Position numbers and translations under genes: made by a program. The notes under the pieces were generated by a model. The model saw only the letters and a list, made by a program, of their open reading frames with translations. It searched no databases and was not told the DNA's origin. Below are positions 50,401 through 63,453 of a stretch of DNA of 64,000 nt, piece after piece; the stretch's first letter is position 1; each line of letters starts with the position of its first letter. The DNA is from Pecten maximus (Eukaryota). The stretch is taken from NCBI RefSeq assembly GCF_902652985.1, contig NC_047024.1, positions 27,776,001 through 27,840,000 on the forward strand, read 5' to 3'.

Positions 50401-53400
50401 CTGAGACTTGTATAAGCATGGTTAAAAGTTCTTTGACTATATAAAACTTGTATTTCCATTTTTACCAGAAAATGTTATTATAAGATATAAAGTGATAGAA
50501 TTGACAAATTGTTCAGACAATGTATCAGAGTGTGATTGTGTACTTGTAGTTTGGCGCCAGCTCAAGTGATTCTAAGAGGTTTGTGTGTAACTTTGGTCTG
50601 CGGTAATTTCTCATTTTTACCAAATTATATTTTGAGTATTCACATTCATAAACTTTGACACAACCATATAATATAATTATATATTGAAAGGTCCTCTGTC
50701 TACTGTGATATGTCCTGTTCTCTTTTTATAAAACAAAACATGCACATGTTCATATTTTTTTCAAATTGAATACTCTTGTAAAGTTAGAGTACTCACTTGA
50801 TGGTAACTATTTCAAAATTGGGGACCAATTTTTGTTTTGCGGGGGGATGTTATATATATGGTATATATATATATTATCAACCATCAAGTGTGTATCCGGA
50901 ATTAATCAATATCATCTTTTTATGTTAGTATGTTTATTGTTCCGTAATTTGTGTCCGTTCATCACCGGAAGTTGTTTTGATGTTTAGTTGAAGAAGAATA
51001 AAATATAAGTTGGAGGCACCACGTGTTAGAGATTTTATATTGTACACACAGCCAAGCAAACCCCAAGCACAACAACAGGAATTAGAAAATGAATTGAAAT
51101 TACTTAGAGAAAAGAAAATTAATAGTATTATCTTAAGAACAAAAGCTAGATGGAAGATAGAAGGTGATAAAAGTACCAAATATTTTTGTAACTTAGAGAA
51201 AAGACACTATCAGGAGAAACTGATTCCTAAACTTATAAAAGATAATGGACATGAGGTAACAGATTTAGGAGATATTTTACTTGAACAAAAACTCTATTAT
51301 GAAAAACTCTATACAAAAAAAACATTGGATAATAATCAACATATATTTTTTGATGAAACAAATCCATTTATGAAAAAATTATCTACAGCTCAGAGTGACC
51401 AATTGGAAGGTAAACTGGAATACTGTGAGTGTCTTTTCTCAGTTAAAAACATGAAAAATGATAAGTCACCTGGTATTGATGGATACACTGCTGAGTTTTA
51501 TACATTTTTCTGGGTAGATATCTATAGATTTCTGATACGTTCTTTAAACCAGGCACATAGAGATGGTCAGTTTTCAATTTTACAGCGACGTGGTATGATT
51601 ACATGTATTCCCAAGGAAGGAAAATCCAAGTTATATATGAAGAATTGGAGGCCCATAACACTTTTAAATGTTGATTATAAAATCGCATCATCAGCTATTT
51701 CAAACAGAATAAAGAAAATTTTAGACACTCTTATTAGTGATACACAAAAAGGTTTTATTAAAGGGAGATATATTGGTGAATGCACTAGATTAATTGCAGA
51801 TTTATTAGAAAACACAGAAAAAAATAACATTCCAGGACTCCTTTTATTGATTGATTTCGAAAAAGCTTTCGACTCTTTAGATTTTAATTTCATCTTTGAC
51901 TCTTTACATTTTTATGGTTTTGGGCCTTCAATCATTCAGTGGATTAAATCCTTATATAGAAATAGTTCATGTTGTATTACAAATAATGGCCACTGTTCAG
52001 ATTTTTTTGAAATACAGCGTGGAGTAAGGCAGGGCGATCCTTTGAGCCCGTATATTTTTATCTTATGCGTAGAACTACTTAGTTCAGCTATAAAAATTAA
52101 TCCAAATATAAATGGCATTACAATTAATAATTCAGAATATTTAGTAAACCAGTTTGCAGATGATACATCTTTCATATTATCAGATGATCCAGTTTCCCTT
52201 GCAACAACCTTAAAGGTTTTAGATGACTTTGCAAAAGTATCAGGCCTCAAAATAAATCTTGAAAAAACACAAGCAATATGGATTGGGGCAAGACGGGGTT
52301 GTGGGTTGGAACTTCTACCCGAAAAAAAATTATTTTGGAACCACCAAGGTGCCTTTAAACTTCTTGGTATTAAATATAATTTTCAAAAAACAAACATTTT
52401 TGAAGATAACTACATTGAAAAACTAAAAGGGGTTCAAAAATTATTAAAAGATTGGTCATTTAGAAATTTATCCTACATTGGAAGGGTAACAATTATTCGA
52501 ACTCTAGCTTTGCCTATTTTTATTCAGACTTTAACTGTCCTCCCGGACCCTCCTTCATATATTACTACTGAACTACAAAAAACTTTTTTTAATTTCTTAT
52601 GGGATGGTAAGCCAGACAAAATCAAGAGAAATATAATGTATAGTGATTATATAAATGGGGGATTACACCTACCACATGTTTTAACTTTTTATCATGCTTT
52701 AAAGATGTCATGGATAAAAAAGATTATGGATCCCTCAAATCATGCAGCGTGGAAAACATTACTTTTAGATAAATTAGAATGTGTTGGAGGGGATAAAAAT
52801 TTTAAAATGACTACAGATGGTTTAACAGAATTATCAAAAAAATTTAATACTTTTTGGAGGGAAGTTTTCATATCTTGGGCCTCTATACAAGAACATGTAT
52901 CCCCCACAACCCCCGAAGAAATAATATCACAACCTATTTTTCTCAATAACTATATTAAAAGAGGCAATAGATTTTTTCTCTTTGAACACCGGTGTAAAAA
53001 AGATATATTTTTTGTCTCAGATTTATTAGAAAACAATCAATTTATGTCCTATGAAACTTTTTCTCATAAATACAGTATAAATGTAAACTTTATAGAATAC
53101 TTTGGTGTTATTAATGCCATACCAAGAAACTGGAAGGACATTCTACGGAATAGTAATGGTATTGTAGATATACCTATAATTCCATATAAGTTGATTAATT
53201 ATTTGAATACACACGATAAAGTCACTAAATATTTTTATCATATTATGATCAGACCTCTTTCTGAAAAACCAATTAATAGCCAAAGAAAGTGGCAAGAAAT
53301 ATTAAATACTGATATCAGTGATGAAACTTGGGAATTACTTTATCTTCTACCAAGGGAGGTAACTGATGATACTAAACTTATTAACTTTCATTATAAACTA

Positions 53401-53838
53401 GTACACAGGATATTGTATACCAACACTAAGTTGATGAAATGTAAACTTTCAGAAACTGAAAGATGTACCTTCTGCACAATTGGAAGAGAAACTATTCTTC
53501 ATTTATTTTGGGATTGTAGTATTGTTAAAACCTTCTGGCTTTTGTTTATGGAAATGTTGGAAAACAAATTCCAAATAACTTTACCTAGACACCCAATGAC
53601 CTTTCTTTTTGGTGTGACAGACATAAAACATAATTATGAGATAAACTTTCTATTGCTGCTTATGAGATACTATATATATTTGTGTAAATTGAAAAACACA
53701 ACTCCAATATTTTCTGAAAGCAAAAAATACATCAACCATTACAATAAAATAGAAGATATGGGATTATATACATATCATCATAAAAAACAAGAAAAGGTAA
53801 AATATAAATGGATTTTTATTAATCAACTTTTAAGTTAA
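47407..53838 (+). pseudogene. Tx1/L1 ORF2 (APE endonuclease, RT, C-terminal CCHC zinc finger), broken by one frameshift (about 48280) and an LTR insertion
   Basis: SINCRGL, GGDWN, RLDYFL, SDHS; IDFEKAFD, RQGDPLSP, QFADD; CTFC..ETILHLFWDC; the frame is restored (HIQ|ELENE) when 48455-51078 is removed. Confidence 0.92.
48455..51074 (+). mobile_element. Non-autonomous, non-coding LTR retroelement (2620 bp; 227-bp LTRs at 48455-48681 and 50848-51074)
   Basis: TGTT...AACA termini, 4-bp TSD ACAG, PBS-like TGGAGGAGAATCC, PPT GGGGGGA; LTRs differ at 1 position by eye; no long internal ORF. Confidence 0.92.
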
Positions 53839-55864
53839 CTGGATGGTAAATTACACAATTTATGTACTTTTGGCAAACCAAGGAGTTTGTTAACTACACA
53901 GTTTCTGTTTATAGTTTTACCATGTTTTCGTGAGGTAACAATTAGCAGATACATGTTCATATTTTACATGTGTAATATACTGTACATTCTTATTATGAAT
54001 GTAAAGAAAAGTTCAGTAAAGGAAAAAAGGTAAAATATAAATGGATTTTTATTAATCAACTTTTAAGTTTAACAAATAATTAGCTGGTTGGCAAATTACG
54101 CAAATATTTGTCTATTGTCAAACCAATGGGTTTGTAAACTACACAGTTTCTGTTTATAATTTTACCATGTTTCATGAGGTAACAAAGATACATGTCCTTT
54201 CATTTTTACATGTGTAATACACTGTACATTCATATTAGGAATATAAGGAAAATTTAAATAATCTATTTAGAATTGTCATTGAATATTAAGTGGTAATGTG
54301 AATAATAATATATCAAATTACATATGCGATGTATAGATGTATGTGATTATGTGGAAAAAATTTGAATAAAAAAAAAAAAAAGGATTATTTCTTTGAGGGA
54401 GGTTTTCGTCAACATCATCACAAATGTAATTAGATATAGATTTTACATGGTGTCGACCACTTACCTGAATATTATCATTAGCTATAAAGTCATCAACATT
54501 TCGGGTCCTACTATTAAGATCTCCTAACAAAATTACCTGCTTGGAATCCGCCGAATCCAGAATAAGAGTTTCCAACTCTTGAAATATATCACAACTATAG
54601 ACAGTGTAAAATTGAGATGAACTTGGAGGGATATATGTAAAAACAATTATAATATCTTTATCTGTGTTAGATAGACTCTTACTAATTGTTACCGGCACAA
54701 TAGTATCAAAAAGGGGGCTGCCAACCAATGTATAATTATATATGTTTTGACGAATAAGGACTACCATACCCCCTCCTTGTATGCAACGAGTTAATTTTCT
54801 GGGAATAATAAAGGATTTAAAATTTTCAATATCTAATAAATAGTCATTGGGGATCCAACATTCGGACAGAAATATGATGTCATAGGTAAATATAAAATTC
54901 TTAAACTCTGGAATGTTAAGCTTATTTTTCAAACCGCCATTTACATTCCAAGATATAATTTTAATGTCGCTTTCGAAGTCAGTGGGACCATAGGGGTTAA
55001 CTACGAAAGGCTCTCACTGACACCCCTAAGTGGGGGTCGTGGTGTTCCTCCTCCTCCTCCGTTTCAAGTCTTGGCGACTTGAATTCGGTGTATTATTCAA
55101 GGCATCGCAATAGGAATGTGCAACATCCATAAAGTTTGGACCGCGGGATTTCCAGCGTCTACTGTTGGAACCCGAAGCGCGAGACGACCGCCTGTCGGAA
55201 AAGTCTGGTTGTAATCTGTCATAACTGGTATCCGGCATAGGAGGCAGTCGACTACCGATATCCGCATTACCGGATTCCTCAAAAACAAATAAACGACCCT
55301 CCACGTACAGTTTGTCCCTCACCAGTTTGGTCTTTAGACCTTCGTCTTCTTAGCCTTCATAATCGGGTAGAGCTGTTTCCTCCTCGCCTCGACGTCTGCA
55401 GGGAATTGCTCATTAATACCGTAATTGGTACCCTGGAACATGTGGGCATTGTTTCTGACGTAAGCAAGGTCCTTCTGGTAAAGACATTTTACGACGGTCT
55501 ATTTTTGCCCCTGAGAAACCTTCCGAACCGGTGAACATTGGCGAAGTCCACGTGGTAGTCAATGCCGAGTTCATGAAACAGAAAATCGGGGATTTTGGAC
55601 TCGGTATCCTCGCCAGGATGTTCCCCTTGTAACCCATGAAACAACATATTATATTTCATGGACCGGCACCGAATGTAGGAAATTACAGACTTAAGTTCGT
55701 CCCTCTCCGAGCGCAGACCTATTATTTCCTCCTGCATGACTACAAAGTCTTTGCGTAGATCAGAAACGTCGGAGACGGTATCGTCCGCTTTGGATTTGAG
55801 ACAGTTCAAGGCCGTGGTATTACTTGTCATTTCCGATTTAATATCGTCGTACATGTAACTATTT

Positions 55865-58800
55865 AGTATAAACTTTATTTCATTCAATATACATTCTTTA
55901 CATTCAATACAGCAAACACACTTAGGGATGAATTGGATTCGGAAACAAGTGTGAAACACTTATGTAAAATCCGTCTCCAGTACAGTAAACACATGAATTT
56001 AAATGATACATGATGTAGTTGATGTATATATATGTATACGAAAAACAGTAACGTAATTACAGTAAAAAGTGGGATAGGAAAGTGGAAAAGGGTTGTGAGG
56101 GGGAGGGGGTGTTTTCAGCATGTCAGTTAAATAGTTTGACACTGAAACAACGACAACAGAAAGTTTTTGACAACTGTGCAATGAGATAAAAGATAATTCA
56201 GACAGGAAATAGGATGAGCATCAGTCAAATCTCTTAGAGCTGATTATAAAATTTTGAACACATGAGAAGATAAGAGCATTTTGATCATCAGTCAGTTCAT
56301 CATTCCCAAATAACAGTACTCGAGTTGTGATAGGACAGGTTATTTCAATAAAGATACGTGCTCGAAGTTGAGAGTAACGACGACAGCGTAACAAGAAGTG
56401 TTCATTGGTTTCGTTTTCGTTATTACATGGACAGAGAGGACTGTCAATAAGATTTCTACGGAAAAAGTAAGATTTGAGAGAACTGCACTCCATCCTTAAT
56501 CTGGCATGGAGAATCTGACCCATCCTGCTACCGCTATAATAGAAAGAAAGGACAATAATATTAGGTTCATTTAAATGTTTTTAAAGTCTGGGTAATGATG
56601 GATCACATTTAATGAAGTCATGAAGGGAGTTCCAGGGGCGAATTACAGGAGGCAAAACCGATTTTTTATATAAACTTGTGTGACAAGTGATAGGACGAAA
56701 GTTATCAGCAACACGGGTATTGTGGTCATGTATTCGGTTATTACGTGAGGGAAGGATGTCATGAAGGAATTGGGGTGCAAGGCCATGAACCATTTTATGA
56801 AACTGTATTAATTTATGTTGTTGTCGTCTTCGTTCGAGGGGAAGCCAGCCTGTTTCAGTATAAAGCTTGACTTTACTAGTTATTCTAGTGGCACCAGTAA
56901 CAATACGTGCTGCTTCTAACTGAATGTTTTCAAGAAGGTCGGATTGAGCCTGTTTGATACAGTCCCAGACAATGTCGCCGTATTCTATTATGGGTCGAAT
57001 GAGTGTGAAATACAAGGTTTGGAGACTAAGACGATCTAACGAAAATTTGAATTTCCGCAGAATATTTATTTTGGGCGAGATCTTTGTCAATAAATTCATC
57101 TAGATTCCTTACATCTGGATTTGCTATATTCTTGAAAATTCTACCCGAAGTTTAAATCTTACGTATACTGATGGCATGTGATGTGATCATCCCAACACCC
57201 ATTACTAGAGAGAAATACACCAAGGTGTTTGTGTGACGAAACTTCAGTAATATTAGTATTATTCATAGTTAGGGGGGATGGACGAGACTGACGGATTTTC
57301 GGCTTATTAATAAGTTTCAGTTTTATTAGGATTAAAAACAACAAACCAATATTTCGACCATTCATGGATTTTGTTTAAATCAGAATTTAGAACTTCTGCA
57401 CTTATTCTAGGGGTATCAATGATTACATACAAGGAAGTATCATCTGCAAATAATTGATAATATAATTAATATTTTGCACAATATCATTGATGAATATAAG
57501 AAATAAAAGAGGACCAAGGATGGAGCCCTGTGGAACACCGGCCTTAATGTACCACCAGCTAGAGTTTTCCCCATTAATAACAAATCTTTGTTTCCGGTTA
57601 TGGAGATAATTTTCGAACCATAAAAGTAAAGAACCTCGAACACCAAGTCCAGATAGTTTACATAAAAGACCTTTGTGCCAAACACGGTCGAAGGCTTTGC
57701 TGATGTCGCAAAAGACAATTCTTATTTCTTTGGCTTTATCATGCATGATAGAAAGAAGCTGGTTGGTTGGAGAATCGCCATGTCTAAAACCTGATTGATT
57801 AGATTACAGGAGGGAATTGGTAAGTAAAAAAATATTCATATATTTAAAAACACATCTTTCCATCAGTTTTCTAACTATGGATAATAACGAAATCGGTCTG
57901 TAATTTGATAGATGTGACTTGCTATCTTTTTTATGTACTGGAGTAACGTTTGCTGTTTTCCATTCAGAAGGAAAAACACTAGAGTTTAGAGATTTGTTAA
58001 AAAGATTACTTAGGGGGTTACATAGAATATCTACGGCTCCTTTGAGTAGTCGAGGATTTACTAGATCTGGACCAACAGCTTTGGAACAATCGAGGTTTAG
58101 AATAGCGTCTTTAACATCTACAGCTGTTATGTTTATAGTTGACAAAATTTCGTTAGGGGTGTCATCAATGGTAGGGAGGTTAGCGTTAGTATCATCAACG
58201 TCAGACTGGGCACTGAAAAAATGATTAAATAGACAAGCTTTTTGAAAGTCGTCTGTAATAACAGAATCGTTATGGATTAAAGGAGGTATACTAAATTTAC
58301 CAGAGTTTGGTAGTTATAAATTGACAGTTTTCCACCAGTCTTTTGCTCTAAGATTTGAAGGGGTTTTTTTTTAATGTTTTCCAGATAAATCATTAAAGTA
58401 CTGAAATTTAGCCTGTTTTATAATATCAACACATATATTACGGATATGGCGGAATGCCAACCAATGCGCATTGTTCATGGTACGTTTGGCTCTTTTGTGT
58501 ACTCGTTTCGTTTGCGAATAAGCTTACGTATTTCGTTTGACATCCATGGAGGTTCGTTTGATCTGACGGTTATAAATTTGTTTGGAATACAGGATTTCGC
58601 AATCTCTAATAAGGTAGAAGTAAAACATTTTACTGCACAATGTAAATCCTGAACATCTAATATATTATTCCAGTTAACTGAGCTCAATTTATTCCTATAC
58701 AATACATAATTACCATGGTCAAAGAGCCAAACGTGCCGCTTGAAAGACTGCTGCAACGGTTAAACAAAGTTAAATGAACAATAAGTTGGGCAGTGATATA

Positions 58801-59245
58801 TAATTGGCTGATCAAGAAAACTTTCTCCGACGATACATTTATCTATGATACTGACATTACTAGTGCAGACTATATCAAGAAGTGAAGTTGAAGCTTCGGT
58901 ATAAAAAGTTGGATCTTGTACATGCTGAGATAATTTAAAAGAAATAAGTATGATACGTAAGTGGGATGACTGGTGATCTACTAGTAAATTAGCATTGAAA
59001 TCACCTGTTATAACGATATTAGATATACCAGTGTTGAATGCGTTCTCGATAGAGTGGGAAATATGTGACCAGAAAATAACAGTAGAGTTAGGGAGTCTAT
59101 AAAATGTGCCATACAATCATTTTTCTCCGCCCAGAACAAGTTCCAGCCATATACATTCAATTGTAGGCAACTCTAGATCTCGTCTACGCTTGGCAGAGAT
59201 GCTGTTTTTTTTTTACATAGACAGATATCCCACCACCAAATTGTT
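55865..59245 (-). mobile_element. CR1-like LINE B, 5'-truncated and frameshifted, inserted in ORF1 of LINE A
   Basis: GGGISVYV..GDFNAN (APE); CDISKAFDRVWH..GVPQGSILGPLLFLIFIND..ADD (RT); HARLRMECSSL..CPC..HFLLRC; 13-bp TSD CATGT(A/C)ACTATTT at 55852-55864 and 59246-59258. Confidence 0.9.
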
Positions 59246-59740
59246 CATGTCACTATTTGCTTGAGAACTACTTTCAATATCTCGAGTTTTTTGCTGTACA
59301 ACTGCCACCGACTTTTCCAGTTGTGAGTTCTTAACCTTGATATTTCGAAGTTCATTATCAAGCGTGTTAACCTTTGTAGTAAGGGAAGTCACAGCTCCGT
59401 GTATTTTATCAATTTTCTTCACATGTACATCAATGAGCGAAAATCGTTCATCCATTTTGTTGAATCTAGAATCCATTTTATTGAATAAATCTGTAATATG
59501 TTTCAACATAACGTCAGTATCCTTGGAAACTCCTTCAAACAACACATCATGGGCGTCCCCAATAACCTTAGACGTTGGTTTACTCTTACTAGCCATCTCC
59601 ACTATCGTTCAATTCTTATACAGTAGCTTGACACCAGCAGAGCGTGACGAATTTTTGATTGTGGGTCCACTATGAAACGCGCACGTGTTCAACACAGGTG
59701 AGTATACGACGAAAGGTCATAGTTCAACACACTCAATGAC

Positions 59741-60261
59741 TTTTTGACTTTGACTTTAAACATATTTATTGTCCAAAATAGGCACAAAGGATTTGGCACA
59801 AGTTATGACAACTTATGAAGCCATCTCCTATCAACAAAACATTTTACACAATTGATGACATAGACATTTACAAATTCAAAGTTTAAATAAGTCAATTTTA
59901 CATAATTATGCAAATAGTGATATAAAGATAGACACAACTTGCATGTTTAAAATCTCTTGCTGGATTTGATGAAAGCCTGCACATGTTCGAACACATAATT
60001 ATTTACATCCAAAGCCAAGTCTTCGTTACCAAAAAGTAACAAATTTAGATTAATTTGTATATTCAAGTAATTTAAAGCATTAAACATTTCTGAACGGGCA
60101 GTGGAAAAGTATTGACACTCGAAAAGGAAATGGTATGCATTTTCACAAAAATGCCCACAATATGCACATTGTGAGTCTTGAACTAGATTTACATGGAAGA
60201 GATCATCTTTAAGGGAGCTACAACGGTGTCTTAGCCTAGCATGTATAATATTCAACACTGA
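59741..60261 (-). mobile_element. Short 3' fragment of CR1-like LINE C
   Basis: HARLRHRCSSL..CAYCG..HFLFEC..FIKSSKRF; AATAAA and (AAAGTC)n tail; candidate TSD TCAATGAC at 59733-59740 and 60262-60269. Confidence 0.8.
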
Positions 60262-60349
60262 TCAATGACAATGTATTTCAATGCATTCGAAAATTCGATA
60301 TCAAAAAGTCAATAAAATACAATAATACTTGGCCAAACAGAAAGTATCT

Positions 60350-61102
60350 GACATCGATGGAAGTCGGCTCTTTATGATGACAGAAGTTCATCACAAATTC
60401 ATAGTAAAAAGAACTAAAATGACCAAAATGTTGGCGCTCACCGTAAGCGGTCTGCATAGGGCTCGGCCATCTTGTATCCTGCTGAATCATGTCACCTCTC
60501 TGACTGCCGGACTCGATGATTCTTTATGTGGTTTCCTCTTTTTCAAATTCCATATCGGACGCTGTCACGACACCATCTTCGCATATATGAATGGGATTCG
60601 AATTGAGTAATAAACTTACTATATCAAATACAAGCGGTAACAACTTAAATGAGCACTATGATACTTGCTTAATGAAAAAAATTAACAAAGTCAATTAGAC
60701 ATTTTCCAATAATAGATCTTATTATATCATGAAATATACAGGTGAATCTTTCTAATCTTCTAACTTACTCTTCTAGTAATGCTGGCGGCATTTCCGGTAC
60801 CTTAGTCGACACGTCGGCAGATAAATCAACAGTCAGATCGAAGTTGATGTCGGCCTAAGAAAATAACAAGCAAAATTTCAAAATATATACGTATAAGGAA
60901 AAAGATGTATTTACGTTAATACTATATTGAAAACATCAGGGTAAATAACATTAACACGAATAACATCCACAATAAGAAAATAAGAAAAAGAATTATTTTA
61001 TATAAATATACATTATTAGTACTTACGCGATGCAAACTTGGCAAATGAATGCAAGTTCGGCCTCGCCTTTGTTGACCGCTCTATACAATTCTCTGAAAAT
61101 CC
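60350..61102 (-). pseudogene. Probable 5' exons of the same MULE transposase relic (PHD-finger half and FLYWCH-like start)
   Basis: Exon 61027-61102 GIFRELYRAVNKGEAELAFICQVC with GTAAGT donor; exon about 60768-60854; T*RIIESGSQRG and KEPTSID remnants at about 60350-60600. Confidence 0.5.
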
Positions 61103-61124
61103 CTGTCAAATTAATGATAATTGT

Positions 61125-61650
61125 CTAAATATAACAGCCGTTATATTTTATACAAAACAAAGTAAAAATATCAAACACTTTGGTAATTATCTAAATATCA
61201 AAGCCATTATAGAGGTAAAACTATCAAACACTTTGGTAATTATCTAAATATCAAAGCCATTATAGAGGTAAAAATATCAAACACTTTGGTAATTATCTAA
61301 ATATTAAAGCCGTTATATAGGTAAAAATAGCAAACACTTTGGTAATTATCTAAATATTAAAGCCGTTATATAGGTAAAAATATCAAACACTTTGGTAATT
61401 ATCTAAATATTAAAGCCGTTATATAGGTAAAAATATCAAACACTTTGGTAATTATCTAAATATTAAAGCCGTTATATAGGTAAAAATATCAAACACTTTC
61501 GTAATTATCTAAATATTAAAGCCGTTATATGAGTAAAAATATCAAACACATTGGTAGTTATCTAAATATTAAAGCCGTTATATAGGTAAAAATATCAAAC
61601 ACATTGGCAATTATCTAAATATTAAAGCCGTTATATAAGTAAAAATATAC
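61125..61650. repeat. 53-bp minisatellite (AAATATCAAACACTTTGGTAATTATCTAAATATTAAAGCCGTTATATAGGTAA)
   Basis: About 9-10 tandem copies. Confidence 0.95.
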
Positions 61651-62148
61651 TACAAGAGCCGTTAATTAAGTACCTACCCTCGCATCCTCCTTTTCTTCAG
61701 TGGTGGGAGATTTAAGTTTTGTAAACGCTCTCTGTAGGATAGTTCCTTCAACCCTTCGACGAGTTTCGTGGCTCTTCGTTGAACATTCTTTTACACTAAG
61801 CCCTCGGCTTACGAGGGTATCACATAGCATATTCTCGCTGACCAGTGAGAGACGATCTCCATTCAAAGAGGTTTTTACCTCATGAATATTCATAGTAATG
61901 CCGTAGTATTTAACGCGTGCACGTGCACAAATCGCCATCTTTCTTTTTGAGCAGTCGGAGACGGCACAGTGGTATAAGCTTATGCTTAGCGCAGAATTTC
62001 TTTACACAAGACAGTTGATTTATTAAGTTTTAATGATATTTAGCAGCGTCAGCTACAACTGGCACGCTGTTCAGTTCTATAATTACTACGCTACGACCAC
62101 AGGTAAGTGCGTTGTTCCACGTGGTGGAAACGTTCTCTTGTTTACATC

Positions 62149-63453
62149 ATGACCGACAAGGACGATGTCCTGTCGCTCTTCCAATCAGATGAATCGTCAA
62201 TAGACGAGGAGAAAAACAAAAGTAGTTCTGACGAAGTCAGTGAACCTGAATATGACAGAGCAATACGACAAAATACGTACAATAAACGCGGTCGTGGCCG
62301 GGGTAGTCGTGGTAAGAATGAGGCCACACGTAAAACAACCAGACGTCGTATCGCCAAGAACGACAGTTCTTCACTCAATATACCCAAATTAAAGCAACAA
62401 CTCGGCCTGGGTAAACTGGAGAAGTCGTTGGCTTCACTTAACTCGTATATGGTCGATATTGTGACAGAGAAACGAGACAGCGCCGCTGCTTGTAATATAA
62501 ACAATGTCAATGAGACACAGGGACATGCGACCCAGACTAACCCTACGGTCAGAAATTATGCGGTTGGTTCACAAGCGCAAGCAGAAGCTCTCGAGGGGTT
62601 TGATATTGAGTTATTTGATAATACCAGCTCATTAGCAGGTGGTAATGACTCTGTTAGTGTTTTTGAGCCTGATGAAAACCTGGGCGGTTTTTGGCAAAAT
62701 AATGAGGAATATTGGGACATTCCACAGAATGAGGATGATGAGATTATGGGTCCTAAAATATCTGAACCTCTGGCCAGAGCTGTTGATAGAGCCTGTAGTC
62801 GTAAAGTAGACTCTGGTAAAATAGCAGAGATTATGAAGAAATACCCCAGACCAGCAAATTGTAATTTATTGAGAGTTCCCAAAGTTAACTCCGAGATCTG
62901 GGGCCAACTCCCTAAAAGGGCACAGACATCTGATGTTGCCCTTCAGGAGGTTCAGAAGCTTCTAGCAACGGGGCTGACTCCCATCTGTAAGCTGGCTGAA
63001 GTGGTTACGTCCTTCTCTGACGAGGTGAAGGAAAAGAGTCAATGCAAGAGTTTGATTGCAGACACTGTTGCAATGATGGGAAATGCTATGTACTCTTTGT
63101 CAGTAAAAAGGAGATATGCTCTGCGTCCTTCCCTTAACCCGAGGTACAGAAACATTTGTTCTCAGGAAATGCCTGTAACACAGCACTTGTTCGGAGATGA
63201 CATAACTAAAAGGCTGAGAGAGTTGAACGAGGCAGCTAGGCTCCCAATTACTGGAAATGCCACTTATAGTAGCAGGCGTAATTATGGCAGGGGTTACAAC
63301 ATGAACGGGGCCCCTTTAAACTACCAAAGACGCCCGTACGGGCGAGGCCAAGGATCCTACAGGAACCAGGGCAGGTACAACAGGTACACAAGATATCAGA
63401 GACCAGGCAACAGAGTGCCTCACAAAGACAAGAATGCCACACCCTCCCAGTAA
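62149..63453 (+). CDS. gag: DIRS gag-like ORF1
   Basis: ATG at 62149; YPRPANCNLLRVPKVNSEIW, D..LQ.VQ, RR..LRP.LN..Y..IC, LFGDD motifs; RG/Y-rich tail. Confidence 0.85.
   Translation: MTDKDDVLSLFQSDESSIDEEKNKSSSDEVSEPEYDRAIRQNTYNKRGRGRGSRGKNEATRKTTRRRIAKNDSSSLNIPKLKQQLGLGKLEKSLASLNSYMVDIVTEKRDSAAACNINNVNETQGHATQTNPTVRNYAVGSQAQAEALEGFDIELFDNTSSLAGGNDSVSVFEPDENLGGFWQNNEEYWDIPQNEDDEIMGPKISEPLARAVDRACSRKVDSGKIAEIMKKYPRPANCNLLRVPKVNSEIWGQLPKRAQTSDVALQEVQKLLATGLTPICKLAEVVTSFSDEVKEKSQCKSLIADTVAMMGNAMYSLSVKRRYALRPSLNPRYRNICSQEMPVTQHLFGDDITKRLRELNEAARLPITGNATYSSRRNYGRGYNMNGAPLNYQRRPYGRGQGSYRNQGRYNRYTRYQRPGNRVPHKDKNATPSQ

Larger units (their letters stand above)
47171..54380 (+). mobile_element. Tx1/L1-clade non-LTR retrotransposon, 5'-truncated (no ORF1), poly(A) tail, 11-bp TSD
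   Basis: TSD AGGATTATTTC at 47160-47170 and 54381-54391; AATAAA and poly(A) at about 54365-54380. Confidence 0.93.
45561..59732 (-). mobile_element. LINE A (RTE-X/L2-group-like, clade uncertain), degraded, in three pieces: about 59246-59732, 54381-55864, 45561-47170
   Basis: ORF1 coiled-coil + RRM-like (59602-59246 joined to 55851-55026); ORF2 APE (ISWNVNG..IFLSECW..GDLNSR | LCKSTGLRIRNGR..SDHAP) and RT (VDFHKAFD..QGEILSPLLF..YADD); pieces rejoin across TSDs. Confidence 0.85.

Noticed and set aside
61666-61938. 90-aa minus-strand ORF with a good ATG context
   Set aside because: Antisense to the DIRS terminal/leader region; no recognisable motifs
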